In this document: piece after piece, positions 37,727-45,458 of the stretch
Position numbering within the stretch: the first letter of the stretch is position 1
How the letters are laid out: each line of letters starts with the position of its first letter
Virus record (IMG/VR): IMGVR_UViG_3300014205_000193
Strand: one strand, 5' to 3'
Length of the DNA stretch: 64,000 nucleotides
Origin: a virus
Lineage: Duplodnaviria; Heunggongvirae; Uroviricota; Caudoviricetes
Position numbers and translations under genes: made by a program
Notes under the pieces: model-generated
Databases searched by the model: none
Seen by the model: the letters and a program-made list of their open reading frames with translations, nothing else
What the model was told of the DNA's origin: nothing

Positions 37727-37838
37727 TGGTTTTCAAGCAGACGCCTATGATTGAGAGTATGGAAATTGCCGTTGTCCGCATCTTTGATAACTCTGATAAT
37801 ATAGTTACAAATGTTGTGATATTTTTGAAAAGAAGGGA

Positions 37839-38201
37839 TTGCTAATTATGAAGTATTATATCTCAACACAGATTCACGGAGAAAAAGAAGTTGATAAAGA
37901 GACATACATTGCATATGAGCAGGCTGCGGGTTTTATTTCTAAGTTTGGCCGAGATGCGGTTGCAACCGCATCCTTCTTTTTTGGTGGCCTTATAAGTGGT
38001 CGTGTTGATTATTCTGAGAAGGTTGAAACGCCTAATTTAATTTCTGAAGCACCTAAAGTCTGTAGTAGATCAACTGATTGCGCGTACATTAGAGTGGAAG
38101 GGCATTGTAAAGGGGTAACCTGTAAGGTATACGACCCAATTACAGCACTGGAGTCTGCGGAGCGAGACCTAGGTGACCGGGATCTTGACGATGGATGCTG
38201 A
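37839..38201 (+). CDS. hypothetical protein
   Basis: 120-aa ORF. Confidence 0.45.
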   Translation: MLIMKYYISTQIHGEKEVDKETYIAYEQAAGFISKFGRDAVATASFFFGGLISGRVDYSEKVETPNLISEAPKVCSRSTDCAYIRVEGHCKGVTCKVYDPITALESAERDLGDRDLDDGC

Positions 38202-38273
38202 TTACTAATGCAGGGAACATTCTATGGACATTTTGTTTATCGGAGGTCACACGTATAAGAAAGGCAGGGTATA

Positions 38274-38531
38274 GTGCGAGCAAAGGTCTTAAATAAAGCA
38301 GGTGACGTCAAGGAGCTGAACGGGCATAAGGATGCATTTACTCGCTGTATGCAATACTTTATAGGGCGGACGATATTGTTTAAGAAGCATCCTCTTTATA
38401 AGGGTTGGTATAGACGAAGTGGTTCTTATTTTTTAGCTTGGCATCCGTCATGGCTTCGAGAGGTTAAGAGGGTAATTAAAAAAGGCTCTAAGACGGTCTC
38501 ATGTACTGCAAAAAGAAAAAGGGGTGATTGA
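38274..38531 (+). CDS. hypothetical protein
   Basis: 85-aa ORF. Confidence 0.4.
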   Translation: MRAKVLNKAGDVKELNGHKDAFTRCMQYFIGRTILFKKHPLYKGWYRRSGSYFLAWHPSWLREVKRVIKKGSKTVSCTAKRKRGD

Positions 38532-38704
38532 TGGGAACGCAAGTTAATAAAGCGGCCTACGAGGCACTAATTAAAGAGGACATGGATGCAGTAGTGGCCG
38601 AGATGTCGAAATCCCCGGAGCGAGCACATGTGATTCAGATTCTCCAGTGGTCCGTTGATGCATTATATCCATCCACAGCAAGATTTGAGCAGTCTTCAAT
38701 ATGA
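38531..38704 (+). CDS. small hypothetical protein (57 aa)
   Basis: TGATG and ATGA overlaps with both neighbouring genes suggest a coupled small gene. Confidence 0.3.
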   Translation: MGTQVNKAAYEALIKEDMDAVVAEMSKSPERAHVIQILQWSVDALYPSTARFEQSSI

Positions 38705-38898
38705 CTTTCAGTGCTGATATAGACTGCCCGCATTGCACAGCGGTATTCCCTGTAAAATTACATGAGGGGGATCAGGGCAGCTGTCCAAAATGTGGTGCTA
38801 AATTTTTTATAGACAGCATAGGTTTGGATCATGATTGGTGCTTCCCTTCGTGGGAAAATCAACCTATCCAAGCCACAAACCACGAGACATCTAATTGA
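38701..38898 (+). CDS. small zinc-ribbon protein
   Basis: CPHCTAVFPV...CPKCGAKF. Confidence 0.4.
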   Translation: MTFSADIDCPHCTAVFPVKLHEGDQGSCPKCGAKFFIDSIGLDHDWCFPSWENQPIQATNHETSN

Positions 38899-38918
38899 TT
38901 ACTCGACCTTAAAATAAG

Positions 38919-38947
38919 AAAAGCCGAGGAGCCTCGGCTTTAAAGGA
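38919..38947. terminator. bidirectional rho-independent terminator
   Basis: aaaaGCCGAGGagcCTCGGCttta: 7-bp GC stem flanked by an A-run and a T-run. Confidence 0.6.
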
Positions 38948-39010
38948 ATTAAAAATGAATGTCTCCAACCTCGAATCTGTATAACCGGTCATTCAGCCGG
39001 TTTTATTAAC

Positions 39011-39169
39011 TTATATCTCTAATGATCGCACGCCCATTGCAGGCGGTGCATTCTTTAACTCTGTTATCCTGTTTTCACAGGCTGTCACTCCATCCACAAA
39101 ACCAACCTTGTATCCGCGCTGGAACTCGGCGGCTGTTTGTGCATTGGAATCTATTGTAGGACTGTTCAT
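39011..39169 (-). CDS. small protein (52 aa), second gene of reverse-oriented cassette
   Basis: ATG lies 3 nt after the stop of the Gly-rich gene (taaggtatg); GAGG upstream; MNSPTIDSNAQTAAEFQRGYKVGFVDGV... Confidence 0.35.
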   Translation of the reverse strand: MNSPTIDSNAQTAAEFQRGYKVGFVDGVTACENRITELKNAPPAMGVRSLEI

Positions 39170-39172
39170 ACC

Positions 39173-39457
39173 TTAATCCTCTATCTTATCACCAATCACC
39201 TTGCCTGCTGCTGCTCCGCCTACCGCAGCTACGCCTCCGACGACTGCCGTAGTCCCGGCAACAGTTCCTGTGATCGCAGCTGCTGACGCACTGGCCAATG
39301 CTGCTCCACTTAAGGTACTAATAGCTGTGCCGGTCCCGGCCGCACCTAATAGTCCTGCCGCTCCGGCGATTGGAAGTATCACGGGTGTCAATAATACCGC
39401 AGCACCACCTGCCGCCACTGCCCCTACGGCAATACATGCAACTTTGAATGGATTCAA
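39173..39457 (-). CDS. Gly/Ala-rich glycine-zipper-like small membrane protein
   Basis: 94 aa made almost entirely of G/A/V/L/T (AVGAVAAGGAAV..AGAAGLLGAAGTGTA..) with a charged tail KVIGDKIED. It is the only minus-strand gene inside the plus-strand block. Confidence 0.5.
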   Translation of the reverse strand: MNPFKVACIAVGAVAAGGAAVLLTPVILPIAGAAGLLGAAGTGTAISTLSGAALASASAAAITGTVAGTTAVVGGVAAVGGAAAGKVIGDKIED

Positions 39458-39469
39458 TCACGCCTCCAG

Positions 39470-39500
39470 GTTAAGTAAAGAAAGCCGACCAACCAAGGCC
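39470..39500. terminator. bidirectional terminator-like hairpin
   Basis: aaaGCCGaccaaccaaggCCGGCttt hairpin with an A-run and T-run. Confidence 0.45.
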
Positions 39501-39722
39501 GGCTTTATATTTCGAAACTTTCATTAATGAATAATATATACTCAAATCCATGCAATGTCAACATTTATTTTTTAGTTACTTGATCAGCTTTTAATAGCTT
39601 TTAGGGGTCAGTAGTTGTAAACTCCATAACCCAGTTCAACTTCTCGTGCATTTAGTAGGTGCAGATGTTATTTTGTAGTACATATAGTAATAGGATGATC
39701 TAAATCGAAAAAAGGGGTTATT

Positions 39723-40916
39723 ATGTCACAAGGTCCCGCCAATCCAGAGAAATGCGGTAAGAAGATAGACGAATCTGAGTATGTGTGGATTATCACGTCA
39801 CATATTAATCAGTCCACGCCGGATGCCAAGCTCATCCGCATGTTGAAGGAGAAGTATGGGTTTAAGGTTAGCTTGCCGAGTCTGCTGGCGTTTAAGCGTA
39901 ATTACTACCCGACACGTCTCACCATGCTGAAGAAGGAGACCATCAAGTTCAAACAGGAGCAGACGGGTCAGATACAGACCTTTATTGATGAGTCTCTGAG
40001 ACAGGCGGACGCTATTGAGGTAGAGATTGGCGGCATGACGAAGCAAGTTGAACTCGTTACCCGTCAGCTGGATTTTGTCCGTAAGTTTGAATGCTTGTTC
40101 CAGAACGCCATTGATCGCTATGTGGATGCATACGACCCGGCTTCGCCTGATCCGTTCTTATACACCTCATCACCTAAATCTGAGGCCCAGCGTCTGCTGA
40201 CGGAGGTAGTTACGGGTATGGGTGAGGAGGGGCGTAACGCGCTGGTGGCATATGTTCAGACTCGAAACGCTTTCCCGCTGGTTAAATTGTTCACGCTTCT
40301 CACAGCCAAGTTGAAAGACCTCCGCATGGCGAAGCACGACATTCATAAGAACATCTTCAAATCATATAGGAATCTATCCATCTCTCAGGAGATGACAGTT
40401 ATATTTGAGCGTTATAACGGTATCATTGTGGAGGAGTTCTTCCCGGACAAATCCAACATAGATGCGCAGAAGTTCGCCAGGGTTAATCAGAAGGTACGCG
40501 CACTCTTTGATGAACTCAATACACGTTATCAGGGCGTAGAGACTCCGTCTGACCATGGCCGTAATCCTACCACCGAGGAAATACAGAAGCTAGACCAGGG
40601 CATCATGCCTACCTCATCTCCAATAGAGGAACCCGCCTTAAAAGGTCAGAAGGGACGCCAACCAGCTAAATCCACCGTCATCGCACGTGAACGCGCTAAA
40701 GCCGCAGCCACCACCGCCGTGATAGAGGATACCGAGGATAGCGAAATAGAACCCACCTCTATGGAAGTAGAACCGCCTGACTCCGATACTACCGACTATA
40801 CACCTGAAGAGGCCGCTACGGTATATAAAGAGATAGAGACCCAAGCAGCCGAACCCGACCTATTCAGACAGGCACTAGGAGATGAAGATACACGCGGAGA
40901 ATCACATGCCGAGTAA
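39723..40916 (+). CDS. hypothetical protein with acidic C-terminus
   Basis: 397-aa ORF; GGGG RBS. Confidence 0.5.
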   Translation: MSQGPANPEKCGKKIDESEYVWIITSHINQSTPDAKLIRMLKEKYGFKVSLPSLLAFKRNYYPTRLTMLKKETIKFKQEQTGQIQTFIDESLRQADAIEVEIGGMTKQVELVTRQLDFVRKFECLFQNAIDRYVDAYDPASPDPFLYTSSPKSEAQRLLTEVVTGMGEEGRNALVAYVQTRNAFPLVKLFTLLTAKLKDLRMAKHDIHKNIFKSYRNLSISQEMTVIFERYNGIIVEEFFPDKSNIDAQKFARVNQKVRALFDELNTRYQGVETPSDHGRNPTTEEIQKLDQGIMPTSSPIEEPALKGQKGRQPAKSTVIARERAKAAATTAVIEDTEDSEIEPTSMEVEPPDSDTTDYTPEEAATVYKEIETQAAEPDLFRQALGDEDTRGESHAE

Positions 40917-41142
40917 GCTCATCACCATGACCGACCTACTAGCGGATGCCGAGTCCTCAGATACACTGGGATACGCACACCGAGAGTATATAAGGAAAGC
41001 AGATGAGGAATGGGTAACCAGAGCGGATATAGCATTCAACAAGGCCACACATCTTCACCAGACACTCCAGGAAGCCGCCAATGCTACACCCTCAGATATA
41101 CCTTACAAGACACCTTCTACCGGAGGAGCGGATAGTATATGA
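40906..41142 (+). CDS. hypothetical protein
   Basis: Internal start MPSKLITMTD with GGAG RBS. Confidence 0.4.
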   Translation: MPSKLITMTDLLADAESSDTLGYAHREYIRKADEEWVTRADIAFNKATHLHQTLQEAANATPSDIPYKTPSTGGADSI

Positions 41143-41543
41143 ACCCCACACCCATATCTAATAGCAGACTATTATTGATGATGCTAGCCTTTATCATTAT
41201 AGGAGCCGCATTCGCACAGTTCCTCATATATGTAAGCTACCAACTCAACCACCGTAGGCAGGGTACCCTCCTGCAAGAGGACACCTCCTATATCGGATCA
41301 CCCCTGGGCATAGATAGCAAGACACATAAAGACGTCAAGTATGAAGCAGAACCGTCTAAACTTGACACACCCGCCGCATCTCAGGAGGCCGGGTACTTAA
41401 AGCAGCTTTTAATAGTAGTAAAAGCCGGGGTAAAACATAAAACGGAGAGGCTCCGCGCACCCTGGCGGCGGGGTATTTCTTTTATTTACGTTTTAGGCTT
41501 TAATTGCTATATTTTACATATTTTACAAACTAGGGTATTGTGA
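41139..41543 (+). CDS. membrane protein
   Basis: N-terminal TM LLLMMLAFIIIGAAFAQFLIYV. Confidence 0.45.
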   Translation: MNPTPISNSRLLLMMLAFIIIGAAFAQFLIYVSYQLNHRRQGTLLQEDTSYIGSPLGIDSKTHKDVKYEAEPSKLDTPAASQEAGYLKQLLIVVKAGVKHKTERLRAPWRRGISFIYVLGFNCYILHILQTRVL

Positions 41544-41601
41544 TGCACAAAAATACAAAATTTTCATGCTCTGTCGGCCTCTCAAAAATATTGGGGCGTG
41601 C

Positions 41602-41913
41602 ATGATCATTCAGATGCCACCGATGTGCGGAATGCAGACGCACCCTAATTTAATGAGTAAAGTGGAGAAAGCGATTAAAAAACGCGATTTCCCGATTGAT
41701 TTGAACTGCGGCGACACGGCGTTTACCACCTCGATGTTTATGCGGTTTGTGTTGAAAGTTAATAGGCAGGTGACCGCCGCCGGGGGGACGCTGCGGTTGA
41801 CCAACGTTGACGAGGTTATGTACGAAGGTTTAAGTAAAACAGGAGTAACAGATATACTTGAAATCACTCGGAGATCTACACCGGGTAAAAAACGAAAGGT
41901 TAAACATGGCTGA
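41602..41913 (+). CDS. STAS-domain (anti-sigma-factor antagonist, SpoIIAA-like) protein
   Basis: IDLNCGDTAFTTSMFMRFVLKVNRQVTAAGGTLRLTNVDEVMYEGLSKTGVTDILEI matches the STAS pattern. Start trimmed to an internal Met; the longest ORF starts at 41566. Confidence 0.5.
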   Translation: MIIQMPPMCGMQTHPNLMSKVEKAIKKRDFPIDLNCGDTAFTTSMFMRFVLKVNRQVTAAGGTLRLTNVDEVMYEGLSKTGVTDILEITRRSTPGKKRKVKHG

Positions 41914-42484
41914 TAACATCAATGCCGCAGACAAACCAGAACTATCAGTACCATTATCTGTTCTGGACAGATTCCTTACTTTATCGCAGGAGAACCATGA
42001 GGCATACGGTGCCATGGTTACTGCTGTGGACAGTATGTCCAGCAAGATGATGGAGCTTACAGACACCATGTATGAGTTGAAGGATACTATCGATAAAGAG
42101 CAGCTGGCTAAGGTGGTCACGGATGCCATGGCGGGTATGCGTGGCGATTTAGCGGTACTCAAGACTGTTCGGGATGATATGAAGACGCTGAAGCAGCGGC
42201 AGGATGCTCTCCCTGAAATACTACGGGAGGTAGCCGCGTGTAATGGTGAACCCCAATACAATGTGTTATTCACCTTAGCGGAGGAGCTACGATTCCAGCA
42301 GACGGATAAGAAAGATGTCCAGGCGCTGGGTGCTGCTTTAGGCGGGTTACTAGGTGTCATTGCTTTTTTTCAGCGGCGAAAGCTGCTGTTTGTGTTTTTG
42401 GGAGGGGTCATGGTTGTGGCGCTGTTGGGTACAGCGGGAGAAGGTGCCAAGTCAGTGATTAAACTCATTATGGGTTTACTCTAA
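41906..42484 (+). CDS. coiled-coil protein with C-terminal TM anchor
   Basis: MADNINA start after an aaagg RBS; C-terminus LLGVIAFFQRRKLLFVFLGGVMVVALLG. Confidence 0.5.
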   Translation: MADNINAADKPELSVPLSVLDRFLTLSQENHEAYGAMVTAVDSMSSKMMELTDTMYELKDTIDKEQLAKVVTDAMAGMRGDLAVLKTVRDDMKTLKQRQDALPEILREVAACNGEPQYNVLFTLAEELRFQQTDKKDVQALGAALGGLLGVIAFFQRRKLLFVFLGGVMVVALLGTAGEGAKSVIKLIMGLL

Positions 42485-42497
42485 CAGGGAGGGGTAA

Positions 42498-42671
42498 ATG
42501 ATTGCTGTTCATGTAGAGACGTGGAATGAGTTGATGGTCAGGTTTGATGACCTGGCCGTGTCTGTGCATAGGAGCAGGAAGAAAGTGGAAGATGTTACTA
42601 AGAAGATAGAGAGTATAGAACCAGCTAAAGAAGTAAAACATAAAGAAAACCATCATAAAAGAGGTCATTAA
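42498..42671 (+). CDS. small hypothetical protein (57 aa)
   Basis: GGGAGGGG RBS; TAATG overlap with the next gene. Confidence 0.4.
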   Translation: MIAVHVETWNELMVRFDDLAVSVHRSRKKVEDVTKKIESIEPAKEVKHKENHHKRGH

Positions 42672-43516
42672 TGTATATCAGACGCGCCACCACTAAAGAA
42701 GAAGAAACACTATCTATTGCGACTAAAGGTACTGACAACCCCAATAGGCGGTGTACAGTGCAATCTAGCATAGTTGCTCCATATGTATTAGTTGCGTGTA
42801 GGGACAATCATGACCTCGTAGCCCATCTGGAGGGTTCTACTGCTGGCCGTGTAGCCGGGCGTGCTCAGCTACTCATAGACCGGGTAGCCTACATGCAGGG
42901 TTCCCAGGAGGGGCGGGAGGCTTGCGCTGCGCTGCTGGATCTATGCGTCACCGCTAACGCAGATCGCACTATCAGAATAACCCATAAACACGTGGATGCT
43001 AACATGGTGCCGCTGCTGGTGGATGCGGGTTTTAAACAGCTTGTATCAGGCTGGACTCGGCAGGCAGGTCCACGCCTTCGTAATACACACCCCCTAGCGG
43101 TGGTAGCTGCGGATGAAGAGAAGACCGGTTTTGTGGTGGATATGGAAACAGAATCCACAGAGAACACAGATTTCAGACGAGTACTATATACGGGTGAAAA
43201 TCTTCAGTTGGTGCTGATGTCTTTAAAACCTGATGAAGAGATTGGTATGGAAGTCCACAAGGACAACGACCAGTTCTTCAGGGTTGATGGGGGTTCAGGT
43301 GTATGCAGCATCGGAGGAAAAGAGACCGCTATTAAGAACGGTGCAGCGTTCGTGATTCCTGCTGGGTCAGAACACAATGTTACGGCTGGAGCAGATGGTC
43401 TCAAATTATATGCTATATATGGGCCACCTCACCACAAGGATGGCACTATCCATAAAACAAAGGCGGAGGCCGAGAGGTCTAAAGAAGAGTTTGACGGTGT
43501 AACCACGGAGGAGTGA
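42671..43516 (+). CDS. cupin-domain protein
   Basis: C-terminal cupin-like VLMSLKPDEEIGMEVHKDNDQFFRVDGGSG...FVIPAGSEHNV. Confidence 0.5.
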   Translation: MYIRRATTKEEETLSIATKGTDNPNRRCTVQSSIVAPYVLVACRDNHDLVAHLEGSTAGRVAGRAQLLIDRVAYMQGSQEGREACAALLDLCVTANADRTIRITHKHVDANMVPLLVDAGFKQLVSGWTRQAGPRLRNTHPLAVVAADEEKTGFVVDMETESTENTDFRRVLYTGENLQLVLMSLKPDEEIGMEVHKDNDQFFRVDGGSGVCSIGGKETAIKNGAAFVIPAGSEHNVTAGADGLKLYAIYGPPHHKDGTIHKTKAEAERSKEEFDGVTTEE

Positions 43517-43851
43517 TGAAGAAGATTACAAAGAAAGCAGAGAAGCAGGCACCAGCGGTGTTTGCGTACCCATCCAACGATAACATAAAAGCCATGGCTG
43601 ACGCTGTAAAGATACCTATTAAGGCTATTAAGCACTCCGCGTTACTTGAGCTAGAGGCTATAACACTATATGATGCGGTCATTATCAAGACCAGAATACC
43701 CTCTATTGTGTCTACCGTTTTTTACTCTGAATTAGGGCTTCGGGTGGCGGCGCTGGGTCATGCCCTGGGTTTCCCTGTTTCAATCTGTGGATATGCGCCG
43801 CGTGATAAGTACATGACCATTCATTTAGCCGTCCGGTCCGCACATTTTTAA
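43513..43851 (+). CDS. hypothetical protein
   Basis: 112-aa ORF. Confidence 0.45.
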   Translation: MMKKITKKAEKQAPAVFAYPSNDNIKAMADAVKIPIKAIKHSALLELEAITLYDAVIIKTRIPSIVSTVFYSELGLRVAALGHALGFPVSICGYAPRDKYMTIHLAVRSAHF

Positions 43852-43859
43852 GAGGGATT

Positions 43860-45455
43860 ATGAATACTAAAATAAAGCAAGGTAAAACAACCTGGAGTGA
43901 ATCAGAGGAGATCGTTGCTGAGTTGGAGGATATGGGGGAGAACCATGTATTGGTTCAAATCGGTCCTTATGAAGTTACTGTAGGAGAGGTGTTATCATAC
44001 ATGCCTGAGATAGAGCAGTATTATGGACACTTTGATTATGAGGCTGCACTAGAGCCTCTATTTGCTTTGAAACGAGTATATGCCTTTGGTGGGCAAATAT
44101 ATCGTAAAGTTTTTCTGCCGGACATTGCAAGTTTAAATAAGGCTGATTTAGGGCGGTATTGGACTTTAGATCCTACATTTGCCGAAGACTTAGATAGACC
44201 TTTGACAGGGCCTCTCCCTCTCCCTTTCTCTAGTAGAAGAACGCAGGGGTATTTACTTACGGCATGGACACCACCTCACAATGTTCAGATGCCGGATGAT
44301 TACTGGAATAACTTAAATGAATCGGAAGCAACCGTTATTGACACTTCCTTATTAACCTTGACCCGAATTGAGGATGCTACAGGCACTCCTGTGCAGGCCT
44401 CCATCTTTAAAAGAATAGGTACGCTCATGCAAACACAAAAAGATTATCTCTCCAGCCAAGTTGTTCGCCCCTTACGGCAGCAACCAGAAGCTCCCCGCAA
44501 CATATATGACCTGGCCGATAAGCAGCAGCAGGTCACAGCGTTCACCGCCGGTGATGAATCTGGGTTAACGGATACTCTGAATGTACCCGATGAAGTGATT
44601 CCAGAAGTGAGGCAGAGCCAGGCGCCTCGTAATCGTTTTGTTGATAAGATGCAAGACCAGTTTGATGCAGAGCGTGCAGATGAGGAGCTACTTGAAGGTG
44701 CCGATCCGCTGGATGATGAACCAAAGCCGGAGCAGCATGCGGTTTCGCAGCCACAGCCAGGCCCTGCTAATGGTGGCGACGGGGCGAGCCATCACGGGTC
44801 TAAGAAGCAGGCAGCGAAGGATATTACGGCAGGGTTGCAATACCAGAAGTTTACTTTTGTTTGTCGCGGCTGTGGGCAAACTTTGCAGTTTGGTTCTGTC
44901 TCTCCCAAAGGGCGATGGTTATCCGATGGTGTAGCCATTGAACCTAATGATCGAATCCATACTGGTTTTTATGATGGGCACGGGGTACTGGCAGCACCAG
45001 GGTATCGTATAGTTGAGGACAGAGATGACTGTTGGCACCAACGTTGCTGGGCGGAAGCTGGTAATCCAGGCTATGAGAGTGCCGCTAAGATCATAATAGA
45101 AGCTCCTGATATTCAGGGTTCCAAGAAGCAGGCAGGTTCGGCAAACCAATACGGATGGAAGCCGCGAGATGGAACGGATGCTGCACCCGCACTCACAGAA
45201 GCCCAGCAGGAGAAGTTGGTAGCCGATGGGCATGGTCGGGTATTGTGTTCCTGTGGAGAGTATATACGGTCTTGTAAATGCAGTTCCAAATGCCACCCAT
45301 ATTTTGAGGTGGTGACAGGAGAGAAATGCACTGCCTGTTCTCAAGCAGCTAAAACCAGCACACTTGCACGTACTGTATTGAAGGCGAGCTTCAACCCCCG
45401 CCGCATTGGCCGGGTCATTAACTATGACGATGGCATCAGAGGATTAGGGAGGTAA
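43860..45455 (+). CDS. hypothetical protein with Cys-rich C-terminal region
   Basis: 531 aa; FVCRGCGQ..., CWHQRCW, CSCGEYIRSCKCSSKCHPY...CTACS. Confidence 0.5.
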   Translation: MNTKIKQGKTTWSESEEIVAELEDMGENHVLVQIGPYEVTVGEVLSYMPEIEQYYGHFDYEAALEPLFALKRVYAFGGQIYRKVFLPDIASLNKADLGRYWTLDPTFAEDLDRPLTGPLPLPFSSRRTQGYLLTAWTPPHNVQMPDDYWNNLNESEATVIDTSLLTLTRIEDATGTPVQASIFKRIGTLMQTQKDYLSSQVVRPLRQQPEAPRNIYDLADKQQQVTAFTAGDESGLTDTLNVPDEVIPEVRQSQAPRNRFVDKMQDQFDAERADEELLEGADPLDDEPKPEQHAVSQPQPGPANGGDGASHHGSKKQAAKDITAGLQYQKFTFVCRGCGQTLQFGSVSPKGRWLSDGVAIEPNDRIHTGFYDGHGVLAAPGYRIVEDRDDCWHQRCWAEAGNPGYESAAKIIIEAPDIQGSKKQAGSANQYGWKPRDGTDAAPALTEAQQEKLVADGHGRVLCSCGEYIRSCKCSSKCHPYFEVVTGEKCTACSQAAKTSTLARTVLKASFNPRRIGRVINYDDGIRGLGR

Positions 45456-45458
45456 GTA

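Larger units (their letters stand above)
35640..37730 (+). mobile_element. IS607-family insertion sequence (tnpA serine recombinase + tnpB), ends approximate
   Basis: Adjacent tnpA (MerR-like HTH + serine recombinase) and tnpB (RuvC-like with C-terminal zinc finger) in the canonical IS607 arrangement. A translationally coupled third ORF may be passenger or flank. IS607 lacks clear inverted repeats, so boundaries are guessed. Confidence 0.65.

Noticed and set aside
39201-39527. Plus-strand 108-aa Ala/Pro-rich ORF
   Set aside because: It is the mirror image of the Gly/Ala-rich minus-strand gene. It has no RBS and sits between two terminators, whereas the minus-strand model has a coupled partner gene.
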